The translations under genes were made by a program, and so were the position numbers. A DNA stretch of 64,000 bases. Origin: a virus. The stretch lies in IMG/VR virus record IMGVR_UViG_3300046459_000548, positions 28,200-92,199 of that record; one strand, 5' to 3'. Under the pieces are notes generated by a model that did no database searches, was not told the origin of the DNA, and was given only the letters and a program-made list of their open reading frames with translations. Positions 26,315 through 36,657 of this stretch are shown in pieces. Numbering within the stretch: the first letter of the stretch is position 1; each line of letters opens with the position of its first letter.

Positions 26315-28978
26315 GTGCCTTGGAATGGCGGTACGCCCGAGCAGCCCTTTCCATCGCTGGGCCCGCAGATCGTCGAGCACATCGAGGAGTTCCTCTGCCA
26401 CGGCCCTGGCGACGTTGTCGGCGAGCCGATCGAACTGGACGATGAGTTCTACGCGTTCATCGTCAAGGCCTACCGTCTCGACCCGGAGACGGGCCGCCGT
26501 ATGTACCGGCGGGCGTTCCTGTCACGCGCGAAAGGGCGGGCCAAGTCGGAGATCGCCGGGATGCTCGTGTGCGCGGAGGCCCTGTTCCCGGTCCGCTTCG
26601 ACGGATGGGATGCGAACGGGGAGCCGGTCGGACGGCCGGTGAAGTCGCCGTTCATCCGCTGCCTGGCCACGGAAGAAGGCCAGTCGGGAAACACCTACGA
26701 CAACGTCTCGACGATGCTCGAGTATCTGGTCGAGAACCACGGTGACGACTTCCCGGGGATCGACATCGGCAAGTCGGCGCAGTCGTCGAGCCGGATCATC
26801 CTGCATCACCAGCGCGGCGAAATCACCCCGTCGACGGCGTCGTCTGCGGCGAAGGACGGCGGCAAGGAGACCTTCGCGGTGTTTGATGAGCCCATGGCTC
26901 TCGACACCCCCATACCAACCCCCGACGGCTGGAAGCAGATTGGCGACCTGAAAACCGGCGACTACGTCTACGGCGTGGACGGCCGCCCGATCCTCGTCTG
27001 GGGCGTAGCGCCGATCAAGCGCGATCGCCCCTGCTTCCGCGTGACCTTCGATGACGGCGCATCGGTGGTTACCGACGCCACTCACCGCTGGCACGTCTTC
27101 GACCGCAAGTCCACTAAAAAGTGGGCCGAGTGGACGACGCAGCAGATGGCGGACGCCAACTGGTACGGCGGCAAGCGGTTCGCCGTGGCGCAGGCTGCAG
27201 CGCTGGAAGCCGACGAAACGACGCTCCCGCTGGACCCGTATGTCCTGGGATTGTGGCTCGGCGACGGAGACGAGCGCGCTGCAACGCTCGCCGTGGGTCG
27301 CGACGACCTCGACGGCATGCTCGCAGAGCTTCACCGCGTCGGGTTCACGACCTCCGTCTACGACTACTCGGAAGATCGGGGCGCCGTCGCGGTCCGGTTC
27401 AACCACGGCCAGCGGTACGGCAAGAGCGGCACCTCGCAAGGCGCGCTGCGGGCGCTGGGAGTGCTGGAGAACAAGCATGCTCCGGACTCCTACCTATGGG
27501 CGTCCCGCGAGCAGCGCTTGGCGCTCCTGCAGGGCCTGATGGACAGCGACGGCTACGTCAACGAGCGCGGGAACTGCATCTTCACGAGCTCCTCGCGCGC
27601 CCTGGCGGACGCTGTTGTCCAGCTGGTGCGCTCGCTGGGCTGGCGCACGAGCGCAGGCCACTGGAGTTCGGACGAGCGCTGGAAGTCGCGGGTCACGGGA
27701 ACGTGGCGGGTCTCTTTCACGCCGTCAGGGATGGTTCCGTTCCGCATGAAGCGCAAGGCGGAGCGCTGCCGCCCGGTGGTCGCCGAGAAGACTCGGGCGA
27801 TCACGTCCATTGAGCCGGTGGAGTCGGTACCTGTCCGCTGCATCGCGGTGGACTCCGAAGATCACCTGTTCCTGGCTGGCGAGTCGATGCTTCCGACGCA
27901 CAACACGCACCTGTACGTGCTTCCGGAGCTGCGGCGCATGCACGGCACGGTCCGCCGCAACCTGCGGAAGCGCAAGGAAGCTGAACCGTGGTGCCTTGAG
28001 ACGTCGACGATGTACGAGCCGGGCCAGGACTCGGTGGCCGAAGCGACGCACACGTACTACAAGGCGATCAAGGAGGGGCGAGTTCGGGACGCGGACGCTG
28101 CCGGTCTCCTCTTCGATCATCGTCAGGCGAAGGACGGTACGGACCTCGCGGATCGTGACGCGCTCCTTGCTGGGCTCCGCGAGGCTTACGGGCCGGCCGC
28201 GGCCTGGATGGATCTGGACGGCATCGTTGCGGAGATTTGGGATCCGCAGTCGGCGCCTTCGGATTCGCGCCGGTACTGGTTGAACCAGCCGGTTGCGGCG
28301 GAGGATGCGCTGCTGGATCCGGCGGAGTGGGCGAAGTGTGCGTCGGAGCTTCGGCTCGAGGACGGCGACGACATCGTTCTCGGCTTCGATGGCGGCAAGT
28401 CGGATGACGCGACCGCGCTGGTCGCAATGCGGGTGTCGGACCGTCTCGTGCAGCCGCTGGGAATCTGGGAGCGCCCGGATGGTCCGCTGGCGAAGGGCTG
28501 GGAGGTCGACCGTAAGCAGGTCTCTGATCTGGTGGCGCATGCCTTCGGCCGCTACGGGGTGCGGGCGTTTTTCGCCGACGTGAAGCTGTGGGAGTCGTAC
28601 ATCGACGAGTGGACGGACACCTACCGGGATGAACTGTTGGCGAAGGCGTCTGCGAAGTCGCTGATCGGCTACGACATGCGGGGGCATCAGCAGGAGTTGA
28701 CGAAGGCGACTGAGGCGCTGGTGCAGGCGATCGCAGACGGCAAGCTCCCGCACACGAACCATCCGATCTTGAACCGGCATGTCGGCAACGCGCGGCGCCG
28801 GCCGAACCGTTTCGGCGTCAGCTTCGGCAAGGAGTCGCGTGAGTCGCCAAAGAAAGTGGACGGGTTCGCGGCGATGCAGCTGGCGGATATGGCGAGGCGG
28901 GCGCTGCTCGCGTCGTCTGAGTGGACGAAGCGGCAGAAGAAGCGGCAGCGGACGGGGCGGGTTCATGGCTTTGGGTGA
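26315..28978 (+). CDS. Terminase large subunit with intein
   Basis: RAKGRAKS (Walker A), FAVFDE (Walker B), LGFDGGKSDDATAL nuclease motif, KKVDG. Confidence 0.95.
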   Translation: MPWNGGTPEQPFPSLGPQIVEHIEEFLCHGPGDVVGEPIELDDEFYAFIVKAYRLDPETGRRMYRRAFLSRAKGRAKSEIAGMLVCAEALFPVRFDGWDANGEPVGRPVKSPFIRCLATEEGQSGNTYDNVSTMLEYLVENHGDDFPGIDIGKSAQSSSRIILHHQRGEITPSTASSAAKDGGKETFAVFDEPMALDTPIPTPDGWKQIGDLKTGDYVYGVDGRPILVWGVAPIKRDRPCFRVTFDDGASVVTDATHRWHVFDRKSTKKWAEWTTQQMADANWYGGKRFAVAQAAALEADETTLPLDPYVLGLWLGDGDERAATLAVGRDDLDGMLAELHRVGFTTSVYDYSEDRGAVAVRFNHGQRYGKSGTSQGALRALGVLENKHAPDSYLWASREQRLALLQGLMDSDGYVNERGNCIFTSSSRALADAVVQLVRSLGWRTSAGHWSSDERWKSRVTGTWRVSFTPSGMVPFRMKRKAERCRPVVAEKTRAITSIEPVESVPVRCIAVDSEDHLFLAGESMLPTHNTHLYVLPELRRMHGTVRRNLRKRKEAEPWCLETSTMYEPGQDSVAEATHTYYKAIKEGRVRDADAAGLLFDHRQAKDGTDLADRDALLAGLREAYGPAAAWMDLDGIVAEIWDPQSAPSDSRRYWLNQPVAAEDALLDPAEWAKCASELRLEDGDDIVLGFDGGKSDDATALVAMRVSDRLVQPLGIWERPDGPLAKGWEVDRKQVSDLVAHAFGRYGVRAFFADVKLWESYIDEWTDTYRDELLAKASAKSLIGYDMRGHQQELTKATEALVQAIADGKLPHTNHPILNRHVGNARRRPNRFGVSFGKESRESPKKVDGFAAMQLADMARRALLASSEWTKRQKKRQRTGRVHGFG
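26891..27904 (+). mobile_element. Class 3 intein with LAGLIDADG homing endonuclease (338 aa)
   Basis: Starts PMALDTPIPTPDGW after DE and ends LPTHN/T. WCT triad present (HRW, VRCIAV, THN). VLGLWLGDG and LLQGLMDSDG motifs. Confidence 0.92.
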
Positions 28979-28993
28979 GGGGGTGGGCGGCGC

Positions 28994-30409
28994 GTGGTGA
29001 TGGGCACGAATGAGACGGTGTCGACGGCGCAGCGCCTGCTAAAGCTGCGGGCCGATGAGCAGGTCCGGCTGAAGAAGATCGCCGACTATATGGCTGGCCG
29101 GCATGCGAGCGTGTATGTGCCGCGGGGTGCGCGGGCGGAGTACCGGTGGCTGCTGGAGCGGGCCAAGGTCAAGATCCTGCCGCTGATCGTGACGGTCGTC
29201 GCGCAGAACATGTACGTCGACGGGTACCGGCCGGCAGGCAAGGACGAGAACGCAGCGCCGTGGGCGACGTGGCAGGCGAACCGTCTGGATGCCCGTCAGC
29301 ATGGCGTCCACCGGGCGGCGCTGACGTATGGGGCCGCGTATACGGTGGTGATGCCGGGCACTCCGACGCCGGTGGTCACCCCGTTTTCGCCGCGTCGGTT
29401 GACGGCCTTGTATGCGGATCCGGTGAATGACGAGTGGCCGCTGTATGCGGTCGAGGACCGGGTGGAGAACACGCCGGACGGTCAGCAGCGTGTGGTCCGC
29501 GTCTATGACGATCAGGCCAGGTATTCGCTGGTGTCGAAGGTCGACGGCTCGGACTTGCGGGCGGCGAAGGATACGCCGGTTCAGGAGCATGGTCTGGGCG
29601 TGTGTCCGGTGGTCCGGTTCGTCAACACCGACGATCTGGACGGCGACGGGGTGATGGGCGAGGTCGAGCCACTGATCGACGCCCAGGATCAGCTGAACAT
29701 GACCACCTTCAATCTGATGATGGCGCAGCAGTATGCGGCGTTCCGGCAGCGCTGGGTGACGGGCATGGTGCCTCCGGAGGACGAGTCAGGGAATCCGGTG
29801 GAGCCGTTCCGGTCCCGGGTGGATGGCCTGTTCGTCGCCGAGGACGCCGACACGAAGTTCGGCGAGTTCGGCGCTACGGACCTGAAGGGCTACCTGGACT
29901 CGACGGAGGCGACGATCCGGCACATTGCGACGCTGTCGCAGGTGCCTCCGTATCACCTGCTCGGGCACATGACGAACCTGTCGGCGGAAGCGCTGGCTGC
30001 GGCCCGGGACGGCCTGGACCGCAAGTGCGGTGAGCGCGAGTCGTCGTTCGGTGAGGCGTGGGAGCAGACGCTGCGTCTGGCGGGTCTCGCCGCTGGCGAT
30101 CGGGAGGCGTGGGCGGACACTTCAGCGCAGGTCGTGTGGCGGGATACGTCGGCGCGGTCGCTGGCTCAGACAGTCGATGCGCTCGGCAAGCTGGTGACGA
30201 TGCTGGGTGTGCCGCCGCAGGAGCTTTGGGAGCGGGTACCGGGTGTGACGCAGACGGATGTGGAGCGCTGGAAGACGGCTGCCCACGAGACGGATGCGAT
30301 GGCCCGCATGAACGACATCATCGCCAAGCAGATGGCTCCGCAGGTGCAGCAGCTCAATGGGGCGACTCCGGCTTCTCCGCCGCCTGCTGATCCGAAGGTA
30401 GCGGCGTGA
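28994..30409 (+). CDS. Portal protein (SPP1 gp6-like)
   Basis: WQANRLDARQ, GEVEPLIDAQDQLN, NLSAEAL; follows TerL. Confidence 0.92.
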   Translation: MVMGTNETVSTAQRLLKLRADEQVRLKKIADYMAGRHASVYVPRGARAEYRWLLERAKVKILPLIVTVVAQNMYVDGYRPAGKDENAAPWATWQANRLDARQHGVHRAALTYGAAYTVVMPGTPTPVVTPFSPRRLTALYADPVNDEWPLYAVEDRVENTPDGQQRVVRVYDDQARYSLVSKVDGSDLRAAKDTPVQEHGLGVCPVVRFVNTDDLDGDGVMGEVEPLIDAQDQLNMTTFNLMMAQQYAAFRQRWVTGMVPPEDESGNPVEPFRSRVDGLFVAEDADTKFGEFGATDLKGYLDSTEATIRHIATLSQVPPYHLLGHMTNLSAEALAAARDGLDRKCGERESSFGEAWEQTLRLAGLAAGDREAWADTSAQVVWRDTSARSLAQTVDALGKLVTMLGVPPQELWERVPGVTQTDVERWKTAAHETDAMARMNDIIAKQMAPQVQQLNGATPASPPPADPKVAA

Positions 30410-31185
30410 CGGCGAGTTCGCAGTTGGCGTCGGGATATCGGCGGACGCAGGCGCTGCTGGCGGCCCGACTGGTGCAGCAGATCGCCAGGACGTGGCGGCA
30501 GCTGGTGAACCCGGCGAACGTCGATGCGTCGTGGCCTGCTCTGCGGGCGCTGCTGGTTCCGCTGGTGCAGCAGACCCGGGCGCAGTCGGCGACGCTGGCT
30601 GCCTCGGCATATATGCAGGCGCGGCATGCGGCTGGGGTTGAGGATGGGCTGTTCCATCCGCCCGTGCCGAGCGCCTTGGAGTTGCCGCGGCTGGAGGCCA
30701 TGTTGGATGTGACCGGCCCGGTGGAGTTCAAGCGTGCCATCGCCGCAGGCAAGACCGAGCAGCAGGCGGTGGACGCCGCGGCGGTGCGGATGGCGGGGTC
30801 GACGCAGTATCTGGCGTTGGAGGGCGGCCGGTCGGTCATGCAGGAGGCGATCCGGCATGACGAGCGGGCGACGGGCTGGTCGCGGGTCACGGACAACGAT
30901 CCGTGTGCATGGTGCGCGATGCTCGCCTCCCGCGGCCCGGTGTACAAGTCGGCGAAGACTGCGGGAGATCCACGGAAGGGCGGCACCTCGTACCACGACC
31001 ACTGCGGGTGCCAGGCGTGGCCTGCGTTCACGATGGACGAGCCGTTCGTCGGCCTCGCCGAGAAGCTGTATGAGGACTGGCGGCGTGAGACGCGGGGCAC
31101 TGGCGGCCAGGATGCGGTGAACGCATTCCGTCGGTGGTGGGAAGCCGAAGGCCGGGCCGGGTACACGGCTCCGGCTCGACCGTAG
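30406..31185 (+). CDS. Minor capsid/head morphogenesis protein (MuF-like)
   Basis: WSRV...CAWCAMLASRGPVY...YHDHCGC. Confidence 0.85.
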   Translation: MTASSQLASGYRRTQALLAARLVQQIARTWRQLVNPANVDASWPALRALLVPLVQQTRAQSATLAASAYMQARHAAGVEDGLFHPPVPSALELPRLEAMLDVTGPVEFKRAIAAGKTEQQAVDAAAVRMAGSTQYLALEGGRSVMQEAIRHDERATGWSRVTDNDPCAWCAMLASRGPVYKSAKTAGDPRKGGTSYHDHCGCQAWPAFTMDEPFVGLAEKLYEDWRRETRGTGGQDAVNAFRRWWEAEGRAGYTAPARP

Positions 31186-31200
31186 CGAGGGGAGGTGATC

Positions 31201-31464
31201 ATGGCGCAGCAGTCAGACCAGGAGATGCAGGATCTGGTGAAGGCCGGCAAGGCGATGCCCGCACCCGGGAAGTCGCCGGGCCGTTTCCCGATCGAGAACC
31301 GTCAGGACCTGGAGAACGCGATCCGCGCGGTGGGCCGGGTTCAGCCCAACACCGATGCGGCACGGGCTTCCGTGCGCCGCTTCATCCAGAAGCGGGCCGG
31401 CGAGCTCAAGCTGGAGAGCCTCATCCCGTCCAACTGGGCGGCGGACGGTTCACTGAAGCCCTGA
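31201..31464 (+). CDS. Small head-module protein
   Basis: FPIENRQDLENAIRAVGR...IQKRA...LIPSNW; RBS GGAGGT. Confidence 0.75.
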   Translation: MAQQSDQEMQDLVKAGKAMPAPGKSPGRFPIENRQDLENAIRAVGRVQPNTDAARASVRRFIQKRAGELKLESLIPSNWAADGSLKP

Positions 31465-31617
31465 CCGCCCTCGGGGTGCCGGGTCGCCGCCGACAGGCAG
31501 CGGCTACCGGCAGCCCCCTATTTTGTGCGCTTGCCGACACGGCGGGCGCCTTTTTCATGCCCGAACGCCGTCTGCCCGGCAGGGCGAGGCGGCCATCCCG
31601 ACACGGGAGTCTCCATC

Positions 31618-32259
31618 ATGTCCGAATCCACTCCTGAGGCGGCCGTGGAGCCGTCCGGTGATGCGCAGGCGCAGCAAATGATTGCCGACGCTGTCACCGC
31701 AGGCCAGTTCCTCAACAAGCCCCAGGCTCCCCAGCCTGCGGCCACCCCCGTTACCCCGGCGGGCACCGAACCGGAGCCGAAGGACTGGGAGTCCGAGGCG
31801 ACGAAATGGAAGGCCCTGGCCAGGCAGCACGAGAACAAGCACCTGGCCGCTCTCGGCTTCAAGTCGAAGGACGAGATCGAAGCGCTGCGGCAGGCCGCCC
31901 AGAAGCACCAGGAAGCCGAGGACGCCCAGAAGACGGAGATCCAGCGGGCGACCGAGCGGGCGCAGACCTTCGAACAGCAGCTCGCCGACATGAAGGCGAC
32001 GAACGCCCGGCTACTGGCCGCCGCGACACACAACATCCCCCCGGAGCTCATCGACCTCCTCGGATCGGGCACGGACGAAGAGATCAGCTCGCGGGCCGAA
32101 CTCCTCGCCGAACGTCTCAAGGCGTCGGCGCCGACCCCTGCAGTACCCAGCACGCAGCGCCCTGTTGAGGCGCTGACCGCCGGAGCGGCCCCGGCTTCCA
32201 GTTCGGCCGCCGCGACCCCGGACCAGTGGATTCGCAGCATGGCCGGCCGCACCCCCTGA
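31618..32259 (+). CDS. Capsid scaffolding protein
   Basis: DWESEATKWKALARQHE, coiled coil, KTEIQRATERA; precedes the capsid gene. Confidence 0.85.
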   Translation: MSESTPEAAVEPSGDAQAQQMIADAVTAGQFLNKPQAPQPAATPVTPAGTEPEPKDWESEATKWKALARQHENKHLAALGFKSKDEIEALRQAAQKHQEAEDAQKTEIQRATERAQTFEQQLADMKATNARLLAAATHNIPPELIDLLGSGTDEEISSRAELLAERLKASAPTPAVPSTQRPVEALTAGAAPASSSAAATPDQWIRSMAGRTP

Positions 32260-32333
32260 CCTGACCTGATCGCAGCTACCGGAGTTCCCACGCTACGGGG
32301 CCGGGGCCGCTGCATGCTCGGAAGGAGCACCCC

Positions 32334-33287
32334 GTGGCAACGACGTACAACTCTCTCATCAGCCGGGACGCCAGCAATGACCCGCTGGTGCCCACCCCTG
32401 TCAGCGCCGAGATCATCCAGGAGCTGCCGTCGATGTCGGCGCTGCTCACGCGGGCCAAGCAGGTCCCGATGAGCACGAAGACGCAGCGCCAGCCCGTCCT
32501 CGACGTGATGCCGCTCGCCTACTTCGTGGGCGGCGACACGGGTCTGAAGCAAACCACGGCGCAGGACTGGAAGAACGTCGACCTGATCGTCGAGGAGATC
32601 GCGGCGATCGTCCCGATCCCCGAGGCGTACCTCGACGACGCGCAGATGCCGATCTGGGACCAGGTCCGGCCGCGCCTCGTGGAGGCCATCGGCTCGAAGA
32701 TCGACGGCGCGGGTCTGTTCGGCACGGACAAGCCGTCGACGTGGCCGACCGCGATCTACCAGTCGGCGGTGGCCGCCGGAAACGTGGTCGTGTCCGGTGC
32801 GGGCGCCGACTTCGCGGTGGACGTCGCGTCCGCGGCGGGCAAGGTGTCCGAGGACGGGTTCGCCGTCAACGGCTTCGTGTCCCGCCCGGGTCTGACGTGG
32901 AAGCTGAACGGCATCCGGTCCGCCCAGGGCGTGCCGATCTACCAGCCGAACCTGCAGGGAACGCCGGGCGGCACGCTGTACGGCTACCCCATGTCGGAGC
33001 TCGCCAACGGCGCCTGGGTCTCCTCTGAGGCCGAGGTCATCATGGGCGACTGGTCGAAGGCCATCATCGGCCTGCGGCAGGACATCAGCTTCAAGATGTT
33101 CACCGAGGGTGTCATCTCGGACGACAACGGCAAGGTCATCCTCAACCTGATGCAGCAGGACTCGGTGGCGATGCGCGTCGTCATGCGGGTGGCGTTCGCC
33201 ACGGCCAACCCGGCGACCCGGATCAACACGAACTCGGCGACCCGGTCCCCGTTTGCGGTCGTCCAGGCGACGACGCACCAGTCCTGA
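32334..33287 (+). CDS. Major capsid protein (HK97 fold)
   Basis: LVPTPVSAEIIQ, EIAAIVPIPE, GTLYGYP, GDWS, NLMQQDSVAMR; C-terminus ...QATTHQS. Confidence 0.93.
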   Translation: MATTYNSLISRDASNDPLVPTPVSAEIIQELPSMSALLTRAKQVPMSTKTQRQPVLDVMPLAYFVGGDTGLKQTTAQDWKNVDLIVEEIAAIVPIPEAYLDDAQMPIWDQVRPRLVEAIGSKIDGAGLFGTDKPSTWPTAIYQSAVAAGNVVVSGAGADFAVDVASAAGKVSEDGFAVNGFVSRPGLTWKLNGIRSAQGVPIYQPNLQGTPGGTLYGYPMSELANGAWVSSEAEVIMGDWSKAIIGLRQDISFKMFTEGVISDDNGKVILNLMQQDSVAMRVVMRVAFATANPATRINTNSATRSPFAVVQATTHQS

Positions 33288-33354
33288 TTCCGCCCCGGCG
33301 GCCGGCTTCTCCCGCGCCGAGCCGGCCGCCGCCCGGTGGAGATCGGAGACCCTG

Positions 33355-34368
33355 GTGCGTGTTCTGGCAATGCTTCACGCCTACCCCCCGGCGCACAATG
33401 CGGGGGCCGAATGGGCAGCTCACGGGCTGCTGAGAGATTTGGCGGCCCGCGGCCATCAGGTCGATGTGCTGTTGTCCCAGTCAGCCGGCGTGACTGTCGG
33501 CTACGAACTCGACGGGGTCAGGGTTCATCCGTACCGCGGCAAGGGCGATCCGATGCCCTGGATGCGCGGCGACGGCCGGGCGCACGTGGTGGTGACTCAC
33601 CTGGAGAACACGCCGCGCGCGTCGATCCTCGCCGACTTGAACGCGATTCCGGTCGTGCACCTGCTGCACAACACGTTCTCCTTCACCAAGGCGTGGCTGG
33701 TCAAGGGCCTTCCGTCGCTGGTGGTGTACAACACGGCGTGGATGCGTGCCGACGTGGAGGCGTGGTGGGAGGCGGACCGGGGCGACCGGCCGATGCCTCC
33801 CGGCATGGTGGTCCGGCCCCCGGTGTACGTCGACGATTACCGGGCCACGCCGGGAAGCTGCGTCACCCTGATCAACCTGACGGAAGAGAAGGGCGCCAAG
33901 GTCTTCTACGGACTCGCCGAGCGGATGCCGCGCCGCAAATTTCTGGGCGTGGTCGGCGGCTATGGGCAGCAGATCGTCCGCGACGACCTCCCGAACGTGG
34001 AAATAGTCGAGCACACTCCTGGCCACGACATGGCCAAGCAGGTGTACGGGCGAACGAAAGTGCTGCTGGTGCCGTCGGTGTACGAGTCCTACGGGCGCGT
34101 CGCCGTGGAGGCCATGTGCTCGGGCATCCCCGTTGTCGCGCACCCCACGCCGGGGCTACTGGAGTCGTGCAGCGACGCCGGGGTCTTCTGTGACCGGGAC
34201 GACCTGGACGCGTGGGAGGCCGCAGTGAAGCGCCTCAACTCGCCGAAAATCTATCCGGAGGCATCGAAGGCCGCAGCGGCGCGAGCTGCTGAACTCGACC
34301 CGCGGACCCAACTCGATGCCTGGTGCACGGCGGTGGAGGGGGTGGCTGCACGTGGACGCCCTCGCTGA
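33355..34368 (+). CDS. GT4 (GT-B) glycosyltransferase 1
   Basis: HAYPPAHNAGAE, KG, PSVYESYGRVAVEAMCSGIPV (EX7E). Confidence 0.92.
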   Translation: MRVLAMLHAYPPAHNAGAEWAAHGLLRDLAARGHQVDVLLSQSAGVTVGYELDGVRVHPYRGKGDPMPWMRGDGRAHVVVTHLENTPRASILADLNAIPVVHLLHNTFSFTKAWLVKGLPSLVVYNTAWMRADVEAWWEADRGDRPMPPGMVVRPPVYVDDYRATPGSCVTLINLTEEKGAKVFYGLAERMPRRKFLGVVGGYGQQIVRDDLPNVEIVEHTPGHDMAKQVYGRTKVLLVPSVYESYGRVAVEAMCSGIPVVAHPTPGLLESCSDAGVFCDRDDLDAWEAAVKRLNSPKIYPEASKAAAARAAELDPRTQLDAWCTAVEGVAARGRPR

Positions 34369-34981
34369 CCTGACCGCCCTGGCGGCCCGTCTCGGACGGC
34401 CACTCCTGTCTGCGGAAGCCGACCGGGCCAGCGTCCTGCTGGACGACGCATCCGCGATGGTGCGCTCCTATACCGGGCAGACGTTCGCCCGGACCGACAA
34501 CGACACGATTGTGGTCCGCGCCCAGCAGGGCGAGATCCGGCTTCCCCAGCGCCCCGTCCGCGACGTGACGGTCGTGATCGCTGTCGGCGCGGGCGGCGCC
34601 CCGGACCTTCCGGTCGTCGGCTGGCAGTGGGACGGCCTGGACATCATCCGTACCTGCCAGGAATCGCCGGTGATCAACCTGCCGGAACGCTGGCACGAGG
34701 AAGACATTGCGGCCTATCCGGGCACCTATCGGGTGACCTACAGCCACGGCGGCACTGTCCCGCCCGACGTGGTGGCCGTTGTGGCGCGCATGGTGCTGCG
34801 GACGCTGACCGCGCCGACGATGGCGGGCGGCGTGACGGGCGAGACCCTCGGCCCGTACAGCTACCGCACGGACGGGTCCGGCGTGGGCACGGGCGTGGTC
34901 ATGACGGACGACGACCGCAAGACGCTGGCCCTGGCCGGCTACCGGCGTAAGGCGGCCATGTCGATGGTGAGGTTCCGGTGA
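34352..34981 (+). CDS. Head-to-tail adaptor
   Basis: LAARLGR...LLDDASAMVRSY...YSHG...ETLGPYSY. Confidence 0.85.
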   Translation: MDALADLTALAARLGRPLLSAEADRASVLLDDASAMVRSYTGQTFARTDNDTIVVRAQQGEIRLPQRPVRDVTVVIAVGAGGAPDLPVVGWQWDGLDIIRTCQESPVINLPERWHEEDIAAYPGTYRVTYSHGGTVPPDVVAVVARMVLRTLTAPTMAGGVTGETLGPYSYRTDGSGVGTGVVMTDDDRKTLALAGYRRKAAMSMVRFR

Positions 34982-35985
34982 CCGGGCTGAATGTGGTGGC
35001 GCGGCTGCACGCCTATCCGCCGGACCACAATGCGGGCGCTGAGTGGATGGTCCACGAGATGCTGCGCGCCCTCGTGCAGCGCGGACACCGGGCGACGGTG
35101 TGGCTGTCGCAGTGGGCGGAAACCCGCGAGCCGTATGACGTGGACGGTGTTCACGTGATGCCGGACGGGTCCGGCGGGAATTTCGCTCTGGCGGCGGCCA
35201 GGGCGGATGCGCTGGTCAGTCATCTGGAGAGCGTGCCGTATGCGGCAGCCTTGGCTCGCGGCCACGGCGTCCCCTTGATCGTGGTGTGCCACAACACGTT
35301 CGACCTGACATGGCAGCCGATGAGGGAGGGGTCGACGGCGCTCGCGGTCGCCAACTCGCAGTGGATGCTCACCGAGGCCGAGGCTTTCTTCGAGGGCCGC
35401 ACGTGCGGGCCGGACCGGTGGCTGACGGTACGGCCGCCCGTACACGCTGCCGAGTACCAGACACGCCCCGGCGACTGCATCACGCTGATCAACTGCACGA
35501 TGACCAAGGGGGCGGGGGTTCTGGCCGAGCTCGCGGAACGCATGCCGGACCGCAAGTTCCTGGCGGTGCGCGGCGGATACGGTGAGCAGCAGCCGCCCGA
35601 CCTGCCGAACGTCGCCGTCCTGGACCACGTCCCGGGCCGTGCCATGCGGGATGAGGTGTATGCCCGCACCCGGATCCTGCTGATGCCGTCGGACTACGAA
35701 TCGTGGGGCCGTGTAGGCGTGGAGGCCGTGGCCTCCGGTATCCCCGTCATCGCACACCCCACCGAAGGCCTCACGGAATCCCTCGGCCCAGCGGGCACCT
35801 TCTGTGATCGCGACAACGTGGACGTGTGGCAGAAGGCAATCGAGATGCTCGACGACCCGGCCGTATACCGTGCCGCATCCCGCCGGGCCAAGGCCCGCTC
35901 CAAAGCCCTGGATCCGGGCGCAGACCTTGCGGCGTGGTGCACGGCCGTCGAGGAGGTGTGCAGTGAGGAACCTGCCGAACGGTGA
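34978..35985 (+). CDS. GT4 (GT-B) glycosyltransferase 2, paralogue of 33355
   Basis: HAYPPDHNAGAE, PSDYESWGRVGVEAVASGIPV. Confidence 0.92.
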   Translation: MTGLNVVARLHAYPPDHNAGAEWMVHEMLRALVQRGHRATVWLSQWAETREPYDVDGVHVMPDGSGGNFALAAARADALVSHLESVPYAAALARGHGVPLIVVCHNTFDLTWQPMREGSTALAVANSQWMLTEAEAFFEGRTCGPDRWLTVRPPVHAAEYQTRPGDCITLINCTMTKGAGVLAELAERMPDRKFLAVRGGYGEQQPPDLPNVAVLDHVPGRAMRDEVYARTRILLMPSDYESWGRVGVEAVASGIPVIAHPTEGLTESLGPAGTFCDRDNVDVWQKAIEMLDDPAVYRAASRRAKARSKALDPGADLAAWCTAVEEVCSEEPAER

Positions 35986-36322
35986 GACCGTCACCGTCAT
36001 CCGGCCCGGCCCGGCCACGCGGGACCAGTACGGCAACGACGTGCCCGGGACGCCGACGGAGACCGACATCCCCGGGTGCGGCATCGCCCCGAGAGAAGGT
36101 GCGGGCGGCGGCAGCGAGATCCTCCAGGCACAGCAGGTCCGCGACACTGTCATCACAGGCCTGACTCTGTATGCGCCCTACGGAACCGACCTGCGGGCAA
36201 CAGACAAGGTCAGGATTGCCGGGGCAACCTACGAGGTGCAGGGCCAGCCCGGATCGTTTGCGTCACCGTTCACCGCTTCGACGGGCCCGGTCATGGCAGC
36301 CCTTCAGCTGATCACTGGCTGA
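35963..36322 (+). CDS. Head-to-tail stopper
   Basis: GETVTVIR...DQYGND...LYAPYGTDLRATDKV...YEVQGQP. Confidence 0.85.
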   Translation: MRNLPNGETVTVIRPGPATRDQYGNDVPGTPTETDIPGCGIAPREGAGGGSEILQAQQVRDTVITGLTLYAPYGTDLRATDKVRIAGATYEVQGQPGSFASPFTASTGPVMAALQLITG

Positions 36323-36629
36323 GGGCGTCCCGCACGAGGTCGCGGAGCTTCTCGAATGAGGGCTGATCCTTGCGGCTGAACAGCACAGCATTCTCGTCGC
36401 GGTTGACGGGGGTGGCCACGGCGGATGCCTGGCTGCCCGGCACGGCGAACCGCAGGTGCCCGGAGCTGAAGAGGCTTGCAGGTTTCCAGTCGACCGAGCT
36501 GATCCGCCCGACGGGAATGGTGTGCTCACCGCGCCCGAACACGGACACGGCGAGGCGCCCCCCACGACGGATCGTCACAGTCGTGCCGTCGAAGTGCACA
36601 GTCCCCCCGACGGACGTCGCTTCCGTCAC
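36312..36629 (-). CDS. DUF4429-like (PH-like) protein, antisense within the structural operon
   Basis: GTVHFDGTTVTIRR...IPVGRISSVDWKPA...GHLRF...DENAVLF; fills the gap between two neck genes. Confidence 0.75.
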   Translation of the reverse strand: MTEATSVGGTVHFDGTTVTIRRGGRLAVSVFGRGEHTIPVGRISSVDWKPASLFSSGHLRFAVPGSQASAVATPVNRDENAVLFSRKDQPSFEKLRDLVRDALSQ

Positions 36630-36657
36630 TGCTGCCCCCTATCTGCCTGAGGAGGCG

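Noticed and set aside
31518-33278. Long antisense or alternate-frame ORFs (for example 586 aa here, 45160-46977, 45360-47219, 5677-6984)
   Set aside because: Shadow ORFs typical of high-GC DNA, overlapping well-supported genes and lacking motifs.
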